A stretch of DNA of 64,000 bases from an uncultured Bdellovibrionales bacterium (lineage in GTDB: Bacteria > Patescibacteriota > Minisyncoccia > Moranbacterales > UBA1568), in the NCBI GenBank assembly GCA_964436855.1, contig CAYTED010000008.1:4158-68157 (forward strand). The letters run 5' to 3'. How positions within the stretch are numbered: the first letter of the stretch is position 1; every line of letters starts with the position of its first letter. A program made the translations under genes and the position numbers. Below, piece after piece: positions 36,679 to 46,800 of the stretch. The notes beneath the pieces are model-generated. The model searched no databases and was not told the origin of the DNA. It was given only the letters and a program-made list of their open reading frames with translations.

Positions 36679-37005
36679 TTATAAATACTTCAACAATGAT
36701 ATCGGCCGCTTTCGGGAAAGCAGCAAGGCGTGCGCCTCGATCACATCATCCGACGAAACCGCTTCCCGTCCATATACCGTTTTTGCCTCGGAACGATCGA
36801 CATCGGTCAGTATTCCGAAACTCGCGACTCCCATTTGCCCGGCCGTTACAAACACAAAGGTCGAAACGGAACACTCGGGGCAAGTCAGATGAAACGTGGT
36901 TCGATCATCCGTTTCCTCAAGAAATACGGTTTCGGTCGAATCGTATTTCTTCTCGCAGAGCGGACAATGAACGAGCGGTTTGAGATTTTCAAAAGAAGCT
37001 TTCAT
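36679..37005 (-). CDS. Small zinc-ribbon protein (CPLC...CPEC)
   Basis: Two CxxC pairs in 108 aa. Confidence 0.35.
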   Translation of the reverse strand: MKASFENLKPLVHCPLCEKKYDSTETVFLEETDDRTTFHLTCPECSVSTFVFVTAGQMGVASFGILTDVDRSEAKTVYGREAVSSDDVIEAHALLLSRKRPISLLKYL

Positions 37006-37111
37006 ACATTATTTGCCATACGAGAGCCCTGAAAAGAGCAAAACTATGGTATCACGAATCCACCCCTCCGTCAATCTTGAACCAGGCACTCCTATCGCCT
37101 CGCCTCTCCAT

Positions 37112-39154
37112 TTAGATATCCAAATTCTTCACGGTTTTCGCGTGCGTCTGGATAAATCGACGGCGCGGTTCAACTTCGTTCCCCATCAGAATCTCAAACA
37201 TACTGTCCGCCTCTTCGGCATCTTCGAGCGTTACCTGCAGGAGAAGCCGATGTTCCGGATTCATTGTCGTTTCCCAAAGTTGTTCCGGATTCATTTCACC
37301 GAGACCTTTGTATCGTTGAATGGAAATGCCACCGATCGTTTCACTCTCTCCACCTTCGCTCGGAACTTCTTCTTTGTTTTCATCCACGGGTTTCTTTGCC
37401 ACTTTTCCTGATTTCGCGGATTTCTCGAGCGCCGCGGAACGCATCGCCTCGACCGAACGCAGCTTCTCTTCCTCCGTGTACGCATACCGAATATCCTTTC
37501 CTTTCTTCAACTGATAGAGCGGCGGCTGCGCGATGTAGATATGCCCATTCCGAACAAGCTCTTCATAGTACCGGTAGAAAAACGTCAGGAGAAGCGTCCG
37601 AATATGCGAACCGTCCACATCCGCGTCCGCCATAATAATGATTTTCCCATAACGAAGTCGCGAGATATCGAATGTTTCGCCGATTCCCGTTCCGAGCGCG
37701 ATAATGATCGGCTTCAGCGTATCGGATTTCACCACCTTATCAAGCGATGTTTTTTCCACGTTCACAAGCTTTCCACGAAGCGGGAGAATCGCTTGAAATT
37801 CCCGGTTTCTTCCCTGCTTTGCCGAACCGCCCGCAGAGTCTCCCTCGACAATGTAGAGTTCGGATCGTGTCGTGTCCTTCGTACTGCAGTCGGCAAGCTT
37901 TCCCGGAAGTGTCATCCCTTCAAGGGCGCCCTTTCGGATCACCGCGTCTTTTGCCGCGCGTGCGGCAATACGCGCCCGAACCGTCAAAAGACACTTTTCG
38001 AGAATCGCTCGCGCGTCCTGCGGATGCGTTTCAAGATATTCCTGCAATCCTTCGGACACCACGCCAGAAACGATACCACGCACTTCGGCATTTCCGAGTT
38101 TCGCCTTCGTTTGCCCTTCGAATTGCGGATTTGGAAGCTTGACCGAAATAACCGCCGTCAAACCCTCGCGCAAATCATCCGATGTAAACGCACCCTCTTT
38201 TTCTTTGATAAGATTATTTTTCTTCGCATAGTCATTCAAGGCTCGCGTGAGCGCCATCTTGAACCCGGTTACATGCATACCGCCTTCCGGATTGAAAATA
38301 TTGTTCGCAAACGCAAAGAGATGCTCTTTAAAGCTTTCGGTGTACTGGAATGATATTTCCACATAGACACCGTCGACGGTTTTTTCAATATAAACCGGCG
38401 CCTCATTTTTTACCTCCTTTTTTCGATTCAGAAATTTCACGAACGAAATAATGCCGGAGTCGAAATACAATCCGTGTCGACGAATCTTATACGATTCTTT
38501 TTCCGAATCGGCGACCTCTCGATGATCCTCAAGCGTAACCCGAACCCCCTTGGTAAGATATGCTTGGTATCGAAGATACTCGAGAATTTTCGCCCAACTG
38601 TAATTGATCTCGGGAAAAATTTCGTGATCCGCCTTGAAGGTAACCGTCGTTCCGGTCCGATCGGACTTTCCGATTGGCTTAACCGCCGCCTTCGGTGCGC
38701 CACGCTTATACTCCTGCATCCACATTTTCCCCTGCCGATGCACCGTAACACGAGTCCATTCCGAAAGCGCGTTTACCACCGAAACACCAACCCCGTGCAA
38801 GCCACCGGAAATCTTGTACCCGTCACCGCCGAATTTTCCACCGGCATGAAGAACCGTGAGTACGGTTTCCAGTGCGGATTTTTTGGTCTGCGGGTGAATA
38901 TCCACCGGAATACCGCGTCCGTCATCTTCCACCTCTACCACGTTGTCCGGAAAAAGCCGCACGACAATATTCCGGCAATGCCCCGCCATCGCTTCATCGA
39001 TCGAGTTATTGACCACTTCCCAAATCAAATGATGCAATCCCTCAAGCGATGTCCCGCCGATATACATGCCCGGTCGCTTTCGTACCGGATCAAGTCCCTC
39101 GAGTACCTGAATGGATTTTGCGCCATACTGTTCCGTATTCTGCGTTTTTGCCAT
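37112..39154 (-). CDS. gyrB: DNA gyrase subunit B
   Basis: GHKL ATPase (LHHLIWEVVNNSIDEA, GLHGVGVSVVNALS), QTK loop, TOPRIM (LYIVEGDSAGGSAKQGR), C-terminal PLxGKxLN (GKLVNVEK). Confidence 0.85.
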   Translation of the reverse strand: MAKTQNTEQYGAKSIQVLEGLDPVRKRPGMYIGGTSLEGLHHLIWEVVNNSIDEAMAGHCRNIVVRLFPDNVVEVEDDGRGIPVDIHPQTKKSALETVLTVLHAGGKFGGDGYKISGGLHGVGVSVVNALSEWTRVTVHRQGKMWMQEYKRGAPKAAVKPIGKSDRTGTTVTFKADHEIFPEINYSWAKILEYLRYQAYLTKGVRVTLEDHREVADSEKESYKIRRHGLYFDSGIISFVKFLNRKKEVKNEAPVYIEKTVDGVYVEISFQYTESFKEHLFAFANNIFNPEGGMHVTGFKMALTRALNDYAKKNNLIKEKEGAFTSDDLREGLTAVISVKLPNPQFEGQTKAKLGNAEVRGIVSGVVSEGLQEYLETHPQDARAILEKCLLTVRARIAARAAKDAVIRKGALEGMTLPGKLADCSTKDTTRSELYIVEGDSAGGSAKQGRNREFQAILPLRGKLVNVEKTSLDKVVKSDTLKPIIIALGTGIGETFDISRLRYGKIIIMADADVDGSHIRTLLLTFFYRYYEELVRNGHIYIAQPPLYQLKKGKDIRYAYTEEEKLRSVEAMRSAALEKSAKSGKVAKKPVDENKEEVPSEGGESETIGGISIQRYKGLGEMNPEQLWETTMNPEHRLLLQVTLEDAEEADSMFEILMGNEVEPRRRFIQTHAKTVKNLDI

Positions 39155-39171
39155 ACTTTGTTTGTTCCGGA

Positions 39172-39567
39172 TTAATCATTGTTATCGATCCACTCGCGGC
39201 ATGAAAGTTCTATCAGAAGAAATCCCGCGAGCAGAAGAAGATTGGTCCACCAAAAGAAAATATCTCCGTATCGGAAGAGAAGCAATCCCGTAAGATACCC
39301 CCCGATCAACGCACCCTGTCGGAGTATTCTTCCCGAGTGATGCGCCATGTCCGTCCGGGAAAATCTTCCGTACAGTTCGGAAAGAAGAATCGTCGCCGTT
39401 CCAAGAAGCGCAAAGAACGCGCTCCCGAAAAAAAGCACCCTCCCGAATATACCCGATTCGATCGGCGAAACAAAAAAAATCGTTCCGAGAAAGACGGCGA
39501 TTGCTCCAAACGAAAGAACTCCGATGCTCCACAAAAATACCCGAAATGTCATACAAAAAAGAGGCAT
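39172..39567 (-). CDS. Small integral membrane protein
   Basis: Four hydrophobic helices; no family call. Confidence 0.3.
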   Translation of the reverse strand: MPLFCMTFRVFLWSIGVLSFGAIAVFLGTIFFVSPIESGIFGRVLFFGSAFFALLGTATILLSELYGRFSRTDMAHHSGRILRQGALIGGYLTGLLLFRYGDIFFWWTNLLLLAGFLLIELSCREWIDNND

Positions 39568-39721
39568 TACCTCTCTTGTATTGTACTCCTTTCAGTGAAA
39601 AGGATCAACCCTCAAAATCACAAGGAAATGCCTTTCTCAAGCCCGTTCTTAAAGTCTCTTGTGTTGCGAATCCTTGCTATTCCGATCAAGCGGCCTGAAC
39701 GCCGAGGAAGGCTCTCGGGAT

Positions 39722-40279
39722 TTACGCGCGGGAAACGTACGTTCCCTTTTCGGTGTTCACGATAATTTTGTCTCCCGACTCCACAAAAAGCGGCGTGGTA
39801 ACCTGAAGACCGGTTTCAAGCGTTACCACCTTGTCCCCGCCTGATGCCGTGTCTCCCTTCACGTTCGGCGGCGCTTCGGTAACAGTAAGCGTTACCTTGA
39901 TTGGAATTTCAATATTGAGAGGCGCCTCGTTCCACGTCAGTGCCGTTACTTCGGTCCCTTCGAGAAGATATTTCGACGCACCGGAAAGCGCTTCTTCGGA
40001 GAAAGAAAACTGTTCATAACTTTCCATATCCATAAACACCAAGTTTTCTCCTTCGCGATAGAGATACTGCGCCTTCACCTTCCCCATTTCCGCTTCATCA
40101 ACTTTATCGGCACCTTGAAAGGTGTAGTCGATAATCGCTCCGGTTACGAGATTTTTTAATTTCGTCCGAAGTACCGCTCCCGCGCGGCCGGTTTTTGAAT
40201 GCTGATATTCCAAAACCAAATACGGTTCTTCGTTGAAAAGAATCTTTTTTCCGGCTTTGATTTCGGTCAAGGTAAGCAT
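39722..40279 (-). CDS. efp: Elongation factor P
   Basis: KAGKKILFNEEPYLVLEYQHSKTGRAGAVLRTKLKNLVTG with the conserved KTG(R/K)G loop. Confidence 0.9.
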   Translation of the reverse strand: MLTLTEIKAGKKILFNEEPYLVLEYQHSKTGRAGAVLRTKLKNLVTGAIIDYTFQGADKVDEAEMGKVKAQYLYREGENLVFMDMESYEQFSFSEEALSGASKYLLEGTEVTALTWNEAPLNIEIPIKVTLTVTEAPPNVKGDTASGGDKVVTLETGLQVTTPLFVESGDKIIVNTEKGTYVSRA

Positions 40280-40381
40280 ACGAAAATAAAAAGAGAAATC
40301 TTAAAAATGAAAATGACGGTGCAAAAATTCAAAACATTTCCCCCGTTTCGAATTTTGATCTGTCATTTCATTTTTATTTTT

Positions 40382-40597
40382 TTACTGGACGGTATACGGC
40401 ACAAGCGCCATAAAACGAGCGCGTTTGACAGCGGTCGTGAGGGCGCGCTGTTGCTTCGCGTTCAGACCGTATCGCTTCGGCGGATAAATCTTTCCCTGCG
40501 AGTTCAAGAAGCGCCTCAAAAAGTAGGCGTCCTTGTAATCAATCGTTTCTAATTTCTGTGCGAGTTCTTTGTCCATAATATCTCGGTTAAAAATCAA
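40382..40597 (-). CDS. rpsR: Ribosomal protein S18
   Basis: IDYKDAYFLRRFLNSQGKIYPPKRYGLNAKQQRALTTAVKRARFMALVPY. Confidence 0.85.
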   Translation of the reverse strand: MIFNRDIMDKELAQKLETIDYKDAYFLRRFLNSQGKIYPPKRYGLNAKQQRALTTAVKRARFMALVPYTVQ

Positions 40598-40697
40598 AAA
40601 TCAAAATGAAAAATGTTGGTTTTGGCTCCGCCAGAGAATCCGATTCTTCCGCCAAAGACAAACGATAATTTTTCATTTTGATATTTACATTTTCCAT

Positions 40698-41186
40698 TTA
40701 AAAGGGTACGTCTTCAATCTTCACTTCTTCCGACTTTTCATCATCGAGATTAATGGTCGGGATTTCTTCTTCGATCGGCTTTGGTGTCGCCGCTTGAGTT
40801 GTCGCTTGAGTTGTTGGGCGACCTCCTCCTTGATATCCGCCTCCCTGCGATCCTCCTTGCGATCGTTGACCAAGCTGCATCGTTTCTCCGACGATTTCCG
40901 TCACTTTCCGCTCCTGTCCTTGCTTGTCGGTGTAGGATCGCGTCTGAAGTCGGCCTTCGATATACGCTTCCTGTCCTTTGGTGAGGTATTGCCCGGCAAT
41001 CTCCGCCACTCTCCCCCAAAGAACAACCGTGTGGAACTCCGTCCTCTCCTGACGTTGACCGCCCTTGTCGGTCCAGTAGTTATTCGTCGCCATTCCAAGC
41101 GTCGCAACCGTCTGTCCCGACGGCGTCGTCCGAATATCCGGATCACGCGTCAGTCGTCCGACCAAAATCACTTTGTTTACGTTCAT
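40698..41186 (-). CDS. ssb: Single-stranded DNA-binding protein
   Basis: OB fold MNVNKVILVGRLTRDPDIRTTPSGQTVATL...FHTVVLWGRVAE, Gly/Gln-rich linker and acidic tail DVPF. Confidence 0.85.
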   Translation of the reverse strand: MNVNKVILVGRLTRDPDIRTTPSGQTVATLGMATNNYWTDKGGQRQERTEFHTVVLWGRVAEIAGQYLTKGQEAYIEGRLQTRSYTDKQGQERKVTEIVGETMQLGQRSQGGSQGGGYQGGGRPTTQATTQAATPKPIEEEIPTINLDDEKSEEVKIEDVPF

Positions 41187-41275
41187 ATTTTTACATTACG
41201 ATTCATGGATAGTTCTATTATACCTCTTTTTTCTTCGTTCCCATCCACATTTCCCGTATCTCTCTTAGCACCTTT

Positions 41276-41803
41276 TTAAATATCCAACACTTCTTTCAGT
41301 TGCCGATCCATTTCTTCTTGGCTGACCGGTTTTTCTTCCGGCTTCGGAGCTTCTTTTACCGAAACACCTGATTCTGTTTTACCTCCGCGCGAAAACGATT
41401 TTCGATCTCCGGTGTCGCTCCCTCGCGTCGGCTTTGCTTTTTCCGTTCGATCAATCTTCATCAACGCCGGAAGCTCGTCGGCCTTCAGAATGAGAAATCG
41501 GAGAATATCTTTTGAGAGGTGCAACTTTTTCGACACTCTCGCCACAAAATCGAGCACTTCCTCTCTTGCCTCAAGCTCCTCCGCGGTCGCTTCCTCTTCG
41601 ATCGGAACAGTAAATCGCCGCGCGATATACGTTCCACGCACTTCTTTCTTCACCGGATACGCAAGCTTTCGCTTATCCATTGTTTCATCCGGAAGCAATG
41701 TTGCGCTCTCACCGAGAAGAAGTTTTTCAACTTCTTCCTTGATTCGTGGAATCTCCGCCTCCTTCGACTCTCCGATGAGATAAAAAATCTCGTATTCTTT
41801 CAT
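41276..41803 (-). CDS. rpsF: Ribosomal protein S6 (with C-terminal extension)
   Basis: MKEYEIFYLI...EVRGTYIARRFTV; forms an rpsF-ssb-rpsR operon. Confidence 0.8.
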   Translation of the reverse strand: MKEYEIFYLIGESKEAEIPRIKEEVEKLLLGESATLLPDETMDKRKLAYPVKKEVRGTYIARRFTVPIEEEATAEELEAREEVLDFVARVSKKLHLSKDILRFLILKADELPALMKIDRTEKAKPTRGSDTGDRKSFSRGGKTESGVSVKEAPKPEEKPVSQEEMDRQLKEVLDI

Positions 41804-42214
41804 AGCCTTTACTGCTTTCAATAAATTATAATTTCTGACGTTCCCTCAAAAAATACTTATAGCAATCGTTTGACGCGCATTGAAGTTTGAAAGCACGGTT
41901 TTTTTACAAAAAAAGTTTCAAGCTTCACTTCAGTAATTTCTCGCCGGAGAAATTATGGCAGCACATGATTGTTACGATATATTTTTCAAACAAAAACCCG
42001 CCAACAGAGAAAGCCCCATCCTTGGCGGATATGTTTTCCTCCTAATCCTTCCGGCAAGTAACTGTTCAATAAGCCATTTTTTGGCGATGAAATATTGGAC
42101 AGCTGCTAAGACCGGCGGGCGGGAGAAACATCGGACTTTCTTCGTTGTTGAACCCATCATATCCCAAAACCCTCTTTTTGGCAAGCCCGCAAAAACTCCC
42201 CCGTCCCCGGCACA

Positions 42215-43510
42215 TCATTTAAGGAGCCGCTCGTAATTGTCCGCCCAGTAGAGGACTTTGTCGCCATACCAGTTGTATGCGCTTGAGGTTGTTCCGGAAA
42301 GATAGATCTTTGCCGCGTTTTTTTCCGACGCCTTCTTATGATCCGTTACTCCCGGCACTACCGAAAGCTTGATCGCCATTGCCATAACGCCATCGGTCAG
42401 ATTCCACGGATCCGGCGGGTTGTGCCCGGTCGCATTGGCAATACGCGATTTGTACCCCATCCACGTATCCGGCATAAACTGCGGCACACCCATCGCCCCG
42501 CCCGTTCCGGTGTATCCCGACGGATTGCACGATACCTTCAACTTTTTGTAATCCTTATCCAAATCCTTTGCAATCTGTTTGAAAATATCTCGTCGGCGCT
42601 GAAATGTCGCCCATGCGGTTTTGGAAAGTTTTTTCGCTTTATATCTCGCCTCCGCGCCACTTTCCACCTGCGCATAGGTACAACCGCCGGTATACCGTCC
42701 GAGATTCGATTCAACGACAAGCATTCCCATCAGAAAATCTTTCCTCACGCCGGTTTTTTTTGCCGCAAAAGCCGCCGCATCTTCGATATCTTTTGCGTTG
42801 TATGATTTTCCAAGCAATTTGGAGAGATCCCCCTTCAATTTGTCGAGTTTCGATTCGAGTTCAGCGATCGTCGCCTGTTGCTCTTTGATATCGGATTGCG
42901 TTTCATTTTTATCTTCTACGAGATTCGCTTTTTGTTCGGCCTTCAACTGAAGGAGCTTTTCATGCTCTTCCTTCTCATCTTCCAGCGTATTTTTCTGTCC
43001 CTCGGCCTCCATTCGTTCAGACTCGATTTCCCGAATCACGCCGTCGAGCTTCTCTCCAAGCGAGAGCATATCCTCGCCGTATGCAAACTCATCCCCGAAT
43101 GTTTTCCCGTCGGAGAGAAAATACGGAAGCGAAAGATTTTCCGGAGACGCATAGAGATTCCGGAGCATCTCGGAGAGGTATTCTTCTCGTTCAAGAATCC
43201 GTTCTTCGAGAAGTTTGATCTCAAGCGCCTTTCGCTCGAGGTTGTCTTGCGTAACCTCGATCGCAGATTCGGTTGCAAGAATCGCTCGTTCGGTTGCGGA
43301 AAGATTCCTTGTAATGGTCGAGAGTTTTGATTCGAGAATCACCTTTTCTTTTTTCTCGCGCTCGAGTTTTTTCTCCGTCGAGCTGATATCATTTTGCAGT
43401 TCCTTTTCATCATCCGCGGCAAGAGCCGATGGAAATACAAAGATACTCGGCGAGAACACCACAGAAAAAATCAATCCGAATATGAATATCGTTTTTTGAC
43501 TGTTTTTCAT
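42215..43510 (-). CDS. Secreted coiled-coil protein with C-terminal lytic-transglycosylase (SLT-like) domain
   Basis: Signal peptide, about 250 aa of coiled coil, then VVESNLG...GAMGVPQFMPDTW (catalytic Glu plus the SLT motif). Confidence 0.6.
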   Translation of the reverse strand: MKNSQKTIFIFGLIFSVVFSPSIFVFPSALAADDEKELQNDISSTEKKLEREKKEKVILESKLSTITRNLSATERAILATESAIEVTQDNLERKALEIKLLEERILEREEYLSEMLRNLYASPENLSLPYFLSDGKTFGDEFAYGEDMLSLGEKLDGVIREIESERMEAEGQKNTLEDEKEEHEKLLQLKAEQKANLVEDKNETQSDIKEQQATIAELESKLDKLKGDLSKLLGKSYNAKDIEDAAAFAAKKTGVRKDFLMGMLVVESNLGRYTGGCTYAQVESGAEARYKAKKLSKTAWATFQRRRDIFKQIAKDLDKDYKKLKVSCNPSGYTGTGGAMGVPQFMPDTWMGYKSRIANATGHNPPDPWNLTDGVMAMAIKLSVVPGVTDHKKASEKNAAKIYLSGTTSSAYNWYGDKVLYWADNYERLLK

Positions 43511-43678
43511 CTGAATGTATTATAGCATTTCTTGACACTTCTTTTCGAATACGAGATACTCGCCTTTGTTGGTAATGTTACCCAATCGGACACTTGGTAA
43601 ACAAATCCAAGGGAAGATTCCGTGGCATTATCACTTTTTTATTGCGTAGTTGCCTTTACAAATTTTCCAGGAGAAAAC

Positions 43679-44185
43679 ATGCAACAAGAACGGCATGCCA
43701 TTTTGACGTGTTACGATGATCGTCTCAACCCCACAATCGAAGCGTTCATCAAGAAAATCGAAAGTGAAGGCGGCATCGTCCTTAGCCCCGTCCGGCCGAT
43801 CGGCGGCGTACACGCTATGACGCAAGGCCACTGCCGCAGCTTCTTCTATGGCCAACTCGACGGCTTCATCGAGATCGGAGGAGCGCGTCATATCCACATT
43901 TTCCCGCACACGACCTGCCAATTCAATGTACTCAAACAGTGGGAAAAGATCGGAGAAACACCCGGGGGCGATATCCAGTTTCAAGTAAGCACCTTAAGGA
44001 AGGTGCTCGAGAACAGCGAAAGCCACGTCGCTTCGAAGTATTCCGACCGCAAAATCGCGCTCGACGTGCGGATCATCCACACGCTCGAGCAGCGTATCAT
44101 CACGCTCGAGGAAGCACTCGATCTTCTTCTTCGTCACCAAGCGCACGACAGCGGCTGCGATCGAACGCCTCTCGAGCTTCGCTAA
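43679..44185 (+). CDS. Hypothetical protein (weak beta-carbonic-anhydrase-like Cys/His pattern)
   Basis: ILTCYDDR...IHIFPHTTCQ loosely resembles the CxDxR / HxxC zinc ligands of beta-CA; low confidence. RBS GGAGAAAAC sits upstream of the ATG at 43679. Confidence 0.3.
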   Translation: MQQERHAILTCYDDRLNPTIEAFIKKIESEGGIVLSPVRPIGGVHAMTQGHCRSFFYGQLDGFIEIGGARHIHIFPHTTCQFNVLKQWEKIGETPGGDIQFQVSTLRKVLENSESHVASKYSDRKIALDVRIIHTLEQRIITLEEALDLLLRHQAHDSGCDRTPLELR

Positions 44186-44210
44186 TCACCAGAACCTTGG
44201 TGAAGAGCGA

Positions 44211-44247
44211 AAAAGCGACCCCTCCCACTCGAGGAGTCGCTTTTTTC
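44211..44247 (+). terminator. Rho-independent terminator (A-tract / GC hairpin / T7), potentially bidirectional
   Basis: AAAAGCGACCCCTCC-CACTC-GAGGAGTCGC-TTTTTTC, 26 nt after the stop of the 43679-44185 gene. Confidence 0.6.
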
Positions 44248-44251
44248 TTGT

Positions 44252-44476
44252 TCACTTCATTTTTCCTTCAAGGGATTCTTCCGGGGAATTTGCATTTTCA
44301 TCATCCCTTCTTTCAGGTTGCTTTTGAAAAGTTTTCAGCGCGAATTTGAATCCAAAAGCATGGTCTTTTTGTGAAGCAAAAAGTTTCGGACTTCATCCCT
44401 CACTTCGATTTTTTCTTTCAAGGGATTCTTTCGGCGAATTTGCATTTACAAGCATGGTCTCTTTGCAGGGCAAAGA
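44252..44476. repeat. Two imperfect direct-repeat units of about 80 bp, each ending in a hairpin, in the convergent intergenic region upstream of the recA 3' end
   Basis: Unit 1 is TTTTCCTTCAAGGGATTCTTCCGGGGAATTTGCATTTTCA...AAAAGCATGGTCTTTTTGTGAAGCAAAAAG. Unit 2 is TTTTCTTTCAAGGGATTCTTTCGGCGAATTTGCATTTACA...AGCATGGTCTCTTTGCAGGGCAAAGAG. Both carry a terminal palindrome (CTTTTTG-TGAAG-CAAAAAG / CTCTTTGC-AGG-GCAAAGAG). Confidence 0.55.
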
Positions 44477-44546
44477 GTTGTAAATGCAACTTCAGTGAGC
44501 CATCGCTGGATGGCGAGCGACCGGAAGAATCCGCTTGAAGAAAAAA

Positions 44547-45563
44547 TCACTCTCCCTTCGCTTTCTTCCAAATCTCCTTCTCGACTTCCTTTGCCACTTT
44601 CGGATTTTCTTTCAAGAAGTCTTTCGCGCTCTCGCGACCCGCGCCGAGTTTCATCTCCCCAAAATAAATCGCGTTTCCGGATTTCTTGAGTGCCTCTTTT
44701 TTAACGCCGGTATCGATCAGATCACCGGAAAACGAAATTCCCTCATTGTACATAATATCGAATTCGGTATTGCGGAACGGCGGCGCCACCTTGTTTTTCA
44801 CGACCTTCACGTTTACGCGATTCCCGACCGTTTCTTCGTTTTTCTTGATCTGCGCGGCACGGCGCACTTCGATACGAACCGAAGAATAGAACTTGAGCGC
44901 GTTCCCGCCGGTTGTCGTCTCGGGGTTTCCAAACATCACCCCGATCTTCATTCGAATTTGATTGATAAAAATCACCGTCGCATTGGAGCGCGCAATAATT
45001 GCCGTCAATTTTCGCAAAGCCTGCGACATCAGCCGCGCTTGACGCCCGACGTGCTGATCCCCCATTTCTCCCTCGATTTCCGCTCTCGGAACAAGCGCCG
45101 CAACCGAATCGACTACGATAACATCAACCGCATTCGACCGGACGAGCGTCTCTACGATATCAAGCGCCTGCTCCCCGGAATCCGGCTGCGAGATGAGAAG
45201 CTCGTTCACGTTCACGCCGAGTTTTTTCGCATATTCCGGGTCCATCGCGTGTTCCGCATCGACAAACGCCGCCGTCCCACCCATTTTCTGCGCATTGGCG
45301 ATAATATGAAGCGTGAGCGTTGTTTTCCCCGATGATTCCGGCCCGTAAATCTCGACAATACGTCCGCGCGGTACACCACCGATTCCAAGCGCGAGATCGA
45401 GCGATACCGATCCCGTCGGAATCGCCTCGACATCCACTTTCTTCACGTCGCCAAGCTTCATAATCATCCCCTCGCCAAATTTTTCTTGAATGGCTGCAAC
45501 CACCGCACTGACATTTTTCTTCCCGCCATCCTTTGTATCCTTTGTATCCTTTTCCTTTGCCAT
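44547..45563 (-). CDS. recA: Recombinase RecA
   Basis: [20 protein letters not shown] (Walker A), [23 protein letters not shown]2 loop [28 protein letters not shown]. Confidence 0.9.
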   Translation of the reverse strand: MAKEKDTKDTKDGGKKNVSAVVAAIQEKFGEGMIMKLGDVKKVDVEAIPTGSVSLDLALGIGGVPRGRIVEIYGPESSGKTTLTLHIIANAQKMGGTAAFVDAEHAMDPEYAKKLGVNVNELLISQPDSGEQALDIVETLVRSNAVDVIVVDSVAALVPRAEIEGEMGDQHVGRQARLMSQALRKLTAIIARSNATVIFINQIRMKIGVMFGNPETTTGGNALKFYSSVRIEVRRAAQIKKNEETVGNRVNVKVVKNKVAPPFRNTEFDIMYNEGISFSGDLIDTGVKKEALKKSGNAIYFGEMKLGAGRESAKDFLKENPKVAKEVEKEIWKKAKGE

Positions 45564-45694
45564 AGATTTCGGTTTTAGAGTAACTCTCTTGTATCTCACT
45601 AATCCTGTTTCGTCTTGATTATGAGATACTGACGGTTACCAATTCTAATTATGCCGTTCATTATAACAGAGCTCTCCCAAAAAGTCCGCGCGGT

Positions 45695-46747
45695 CTACTT
45701 TTTCGGGGCAAAGTACTCTCGTTCTGCCGTCCCAATATCCTCGGATACCGGCTCGAACGGACCCCCATTAAAACGGATGAGAGTGGCATTTCCATTATCC
45801 GTCCGAATATGGGCTTTTTTCTGAAATTGAAACACCTTTCCGCTTCCCGAATCAAGCGCCCCGCTATACACCAAAAGGTCGTCCGATTCGACCAATACAT
45901 TCACTCGGTCTCGAGTTGATACTTCAAAGGAAACCATTCCCGTGGTATTTTCTTCCGATTGAGTCACTTCGAGCAATTTTTCAAAGGCAGGAACCTCCAT
46001 CGATCGATCCGATCGAACTGATATCAGAACCTCTTTTCTCTTTCCAAAACGATTGACCGCTTCGACTCGAATCGTATTCGTTCCCGGCCGAAGCACCAAA
46101 GGAATTTCAAACGCTCCATCCGGCTCGATCATTGCCTCTTTTTCATTGACAAACACCTTCGTTCGAATATCCGTTTTCCCTTTCAAGAAAATTGTTTCAA
46201 GCGTAGCGGTCGACCCATTTTCCGGACTTTCAATAACAAGATACGGCTCCGCGGCGTATGCCTGAAACTCCCGATACAAATACCCCGCGATCGCAACGAT
46301 GAGAATTCCGACAACAACAAAAACGAACCCGCGCGACGTAAAAATAAACCTTGTCTCCTGAACTGGTCTTCTTGGTTCTACACCCCTCACCTCTCGTTCA
46401 CGCCCCATATTTTTTCGAATGCGTTGCTCTTTTTCATACAACTTTAACAACCCAGCCTCATCTACACCGAAGTGTCGCGCATACGCACGCAAGAATCCTT
46501 TGACATACACGTCTGCCGGAAGCTTTTCATACTGTCCCAATTCGAGCGCCTCAAGATATTTGATCGGGATTTTTGTAGTACGGGAAATTTCGGTAAGGCT
46601 CGTCCGGAATTCACTGCGAATTTTTTGGAGTCGCTCCCCAAGTGTCAATGATTCCACTTTTTTTCTCTTGAATCCGCTTTCGCCGATATCGTTCATATTT
46701 GTCATACATTCAAAAACAAAAGACTTGTTGATCTTCCTTACGCTCAA
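45695..46747 (-). CDS. rodZ: RodZ-like protein (XRE-type HTH, TM segment, DUF4115-like C-terminal domain)
   Basis: LTLGERLQKIRSEFRTSLTEISRTTKIPIKYLEALE HTH, a single TM (FVFVVVGILIVAIAGY), beta-rich C-terminus. Confidence 0.55.
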   Translation of the reverse strand: MSVRKINKSFVFECMTNMNDIGESGFKRKKVESLTLGERLQKIRSEFRTSLTEISRTTKIPIKYLEALELGQYEKLPADVYVKGFLRAYARHFGVDEAGLLKLYEKEQRIRKNMGREREVRGVEPRRPVQETRFIFTSRGFVFVVVGILIVAIAGYLYREFQAYAAEPYLVIESPENGSTATLETIFLKGKTDIRTKVFVNEKEAMIEPDGAFEIPLVLRPGTNTIRVEAVNRFGKRKEVLISVRSDRSMEVPAFEKLLEVTQSEENTTGMVSFEVSTRDRVNVLVESDDLLVYSGALDSGSGKVFQFQKKAHIRTDNGNATLIRFNGGPFEPVSEDIGTAEREYFAPKK

Positions 46748-46800
46748 ATGTCTGTTTGTTTTTTTGAATTCTGTTCAGAAAATCTCCCCGAAAAGAGATT

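Noticed and set aside
44252-44476. Possible CRISPR array
   Set aside because: There are only two long, imperfect units (about 80 bp) with internal palindromes and no short spacer/repeat periodicity. This is not CRISPR-like.
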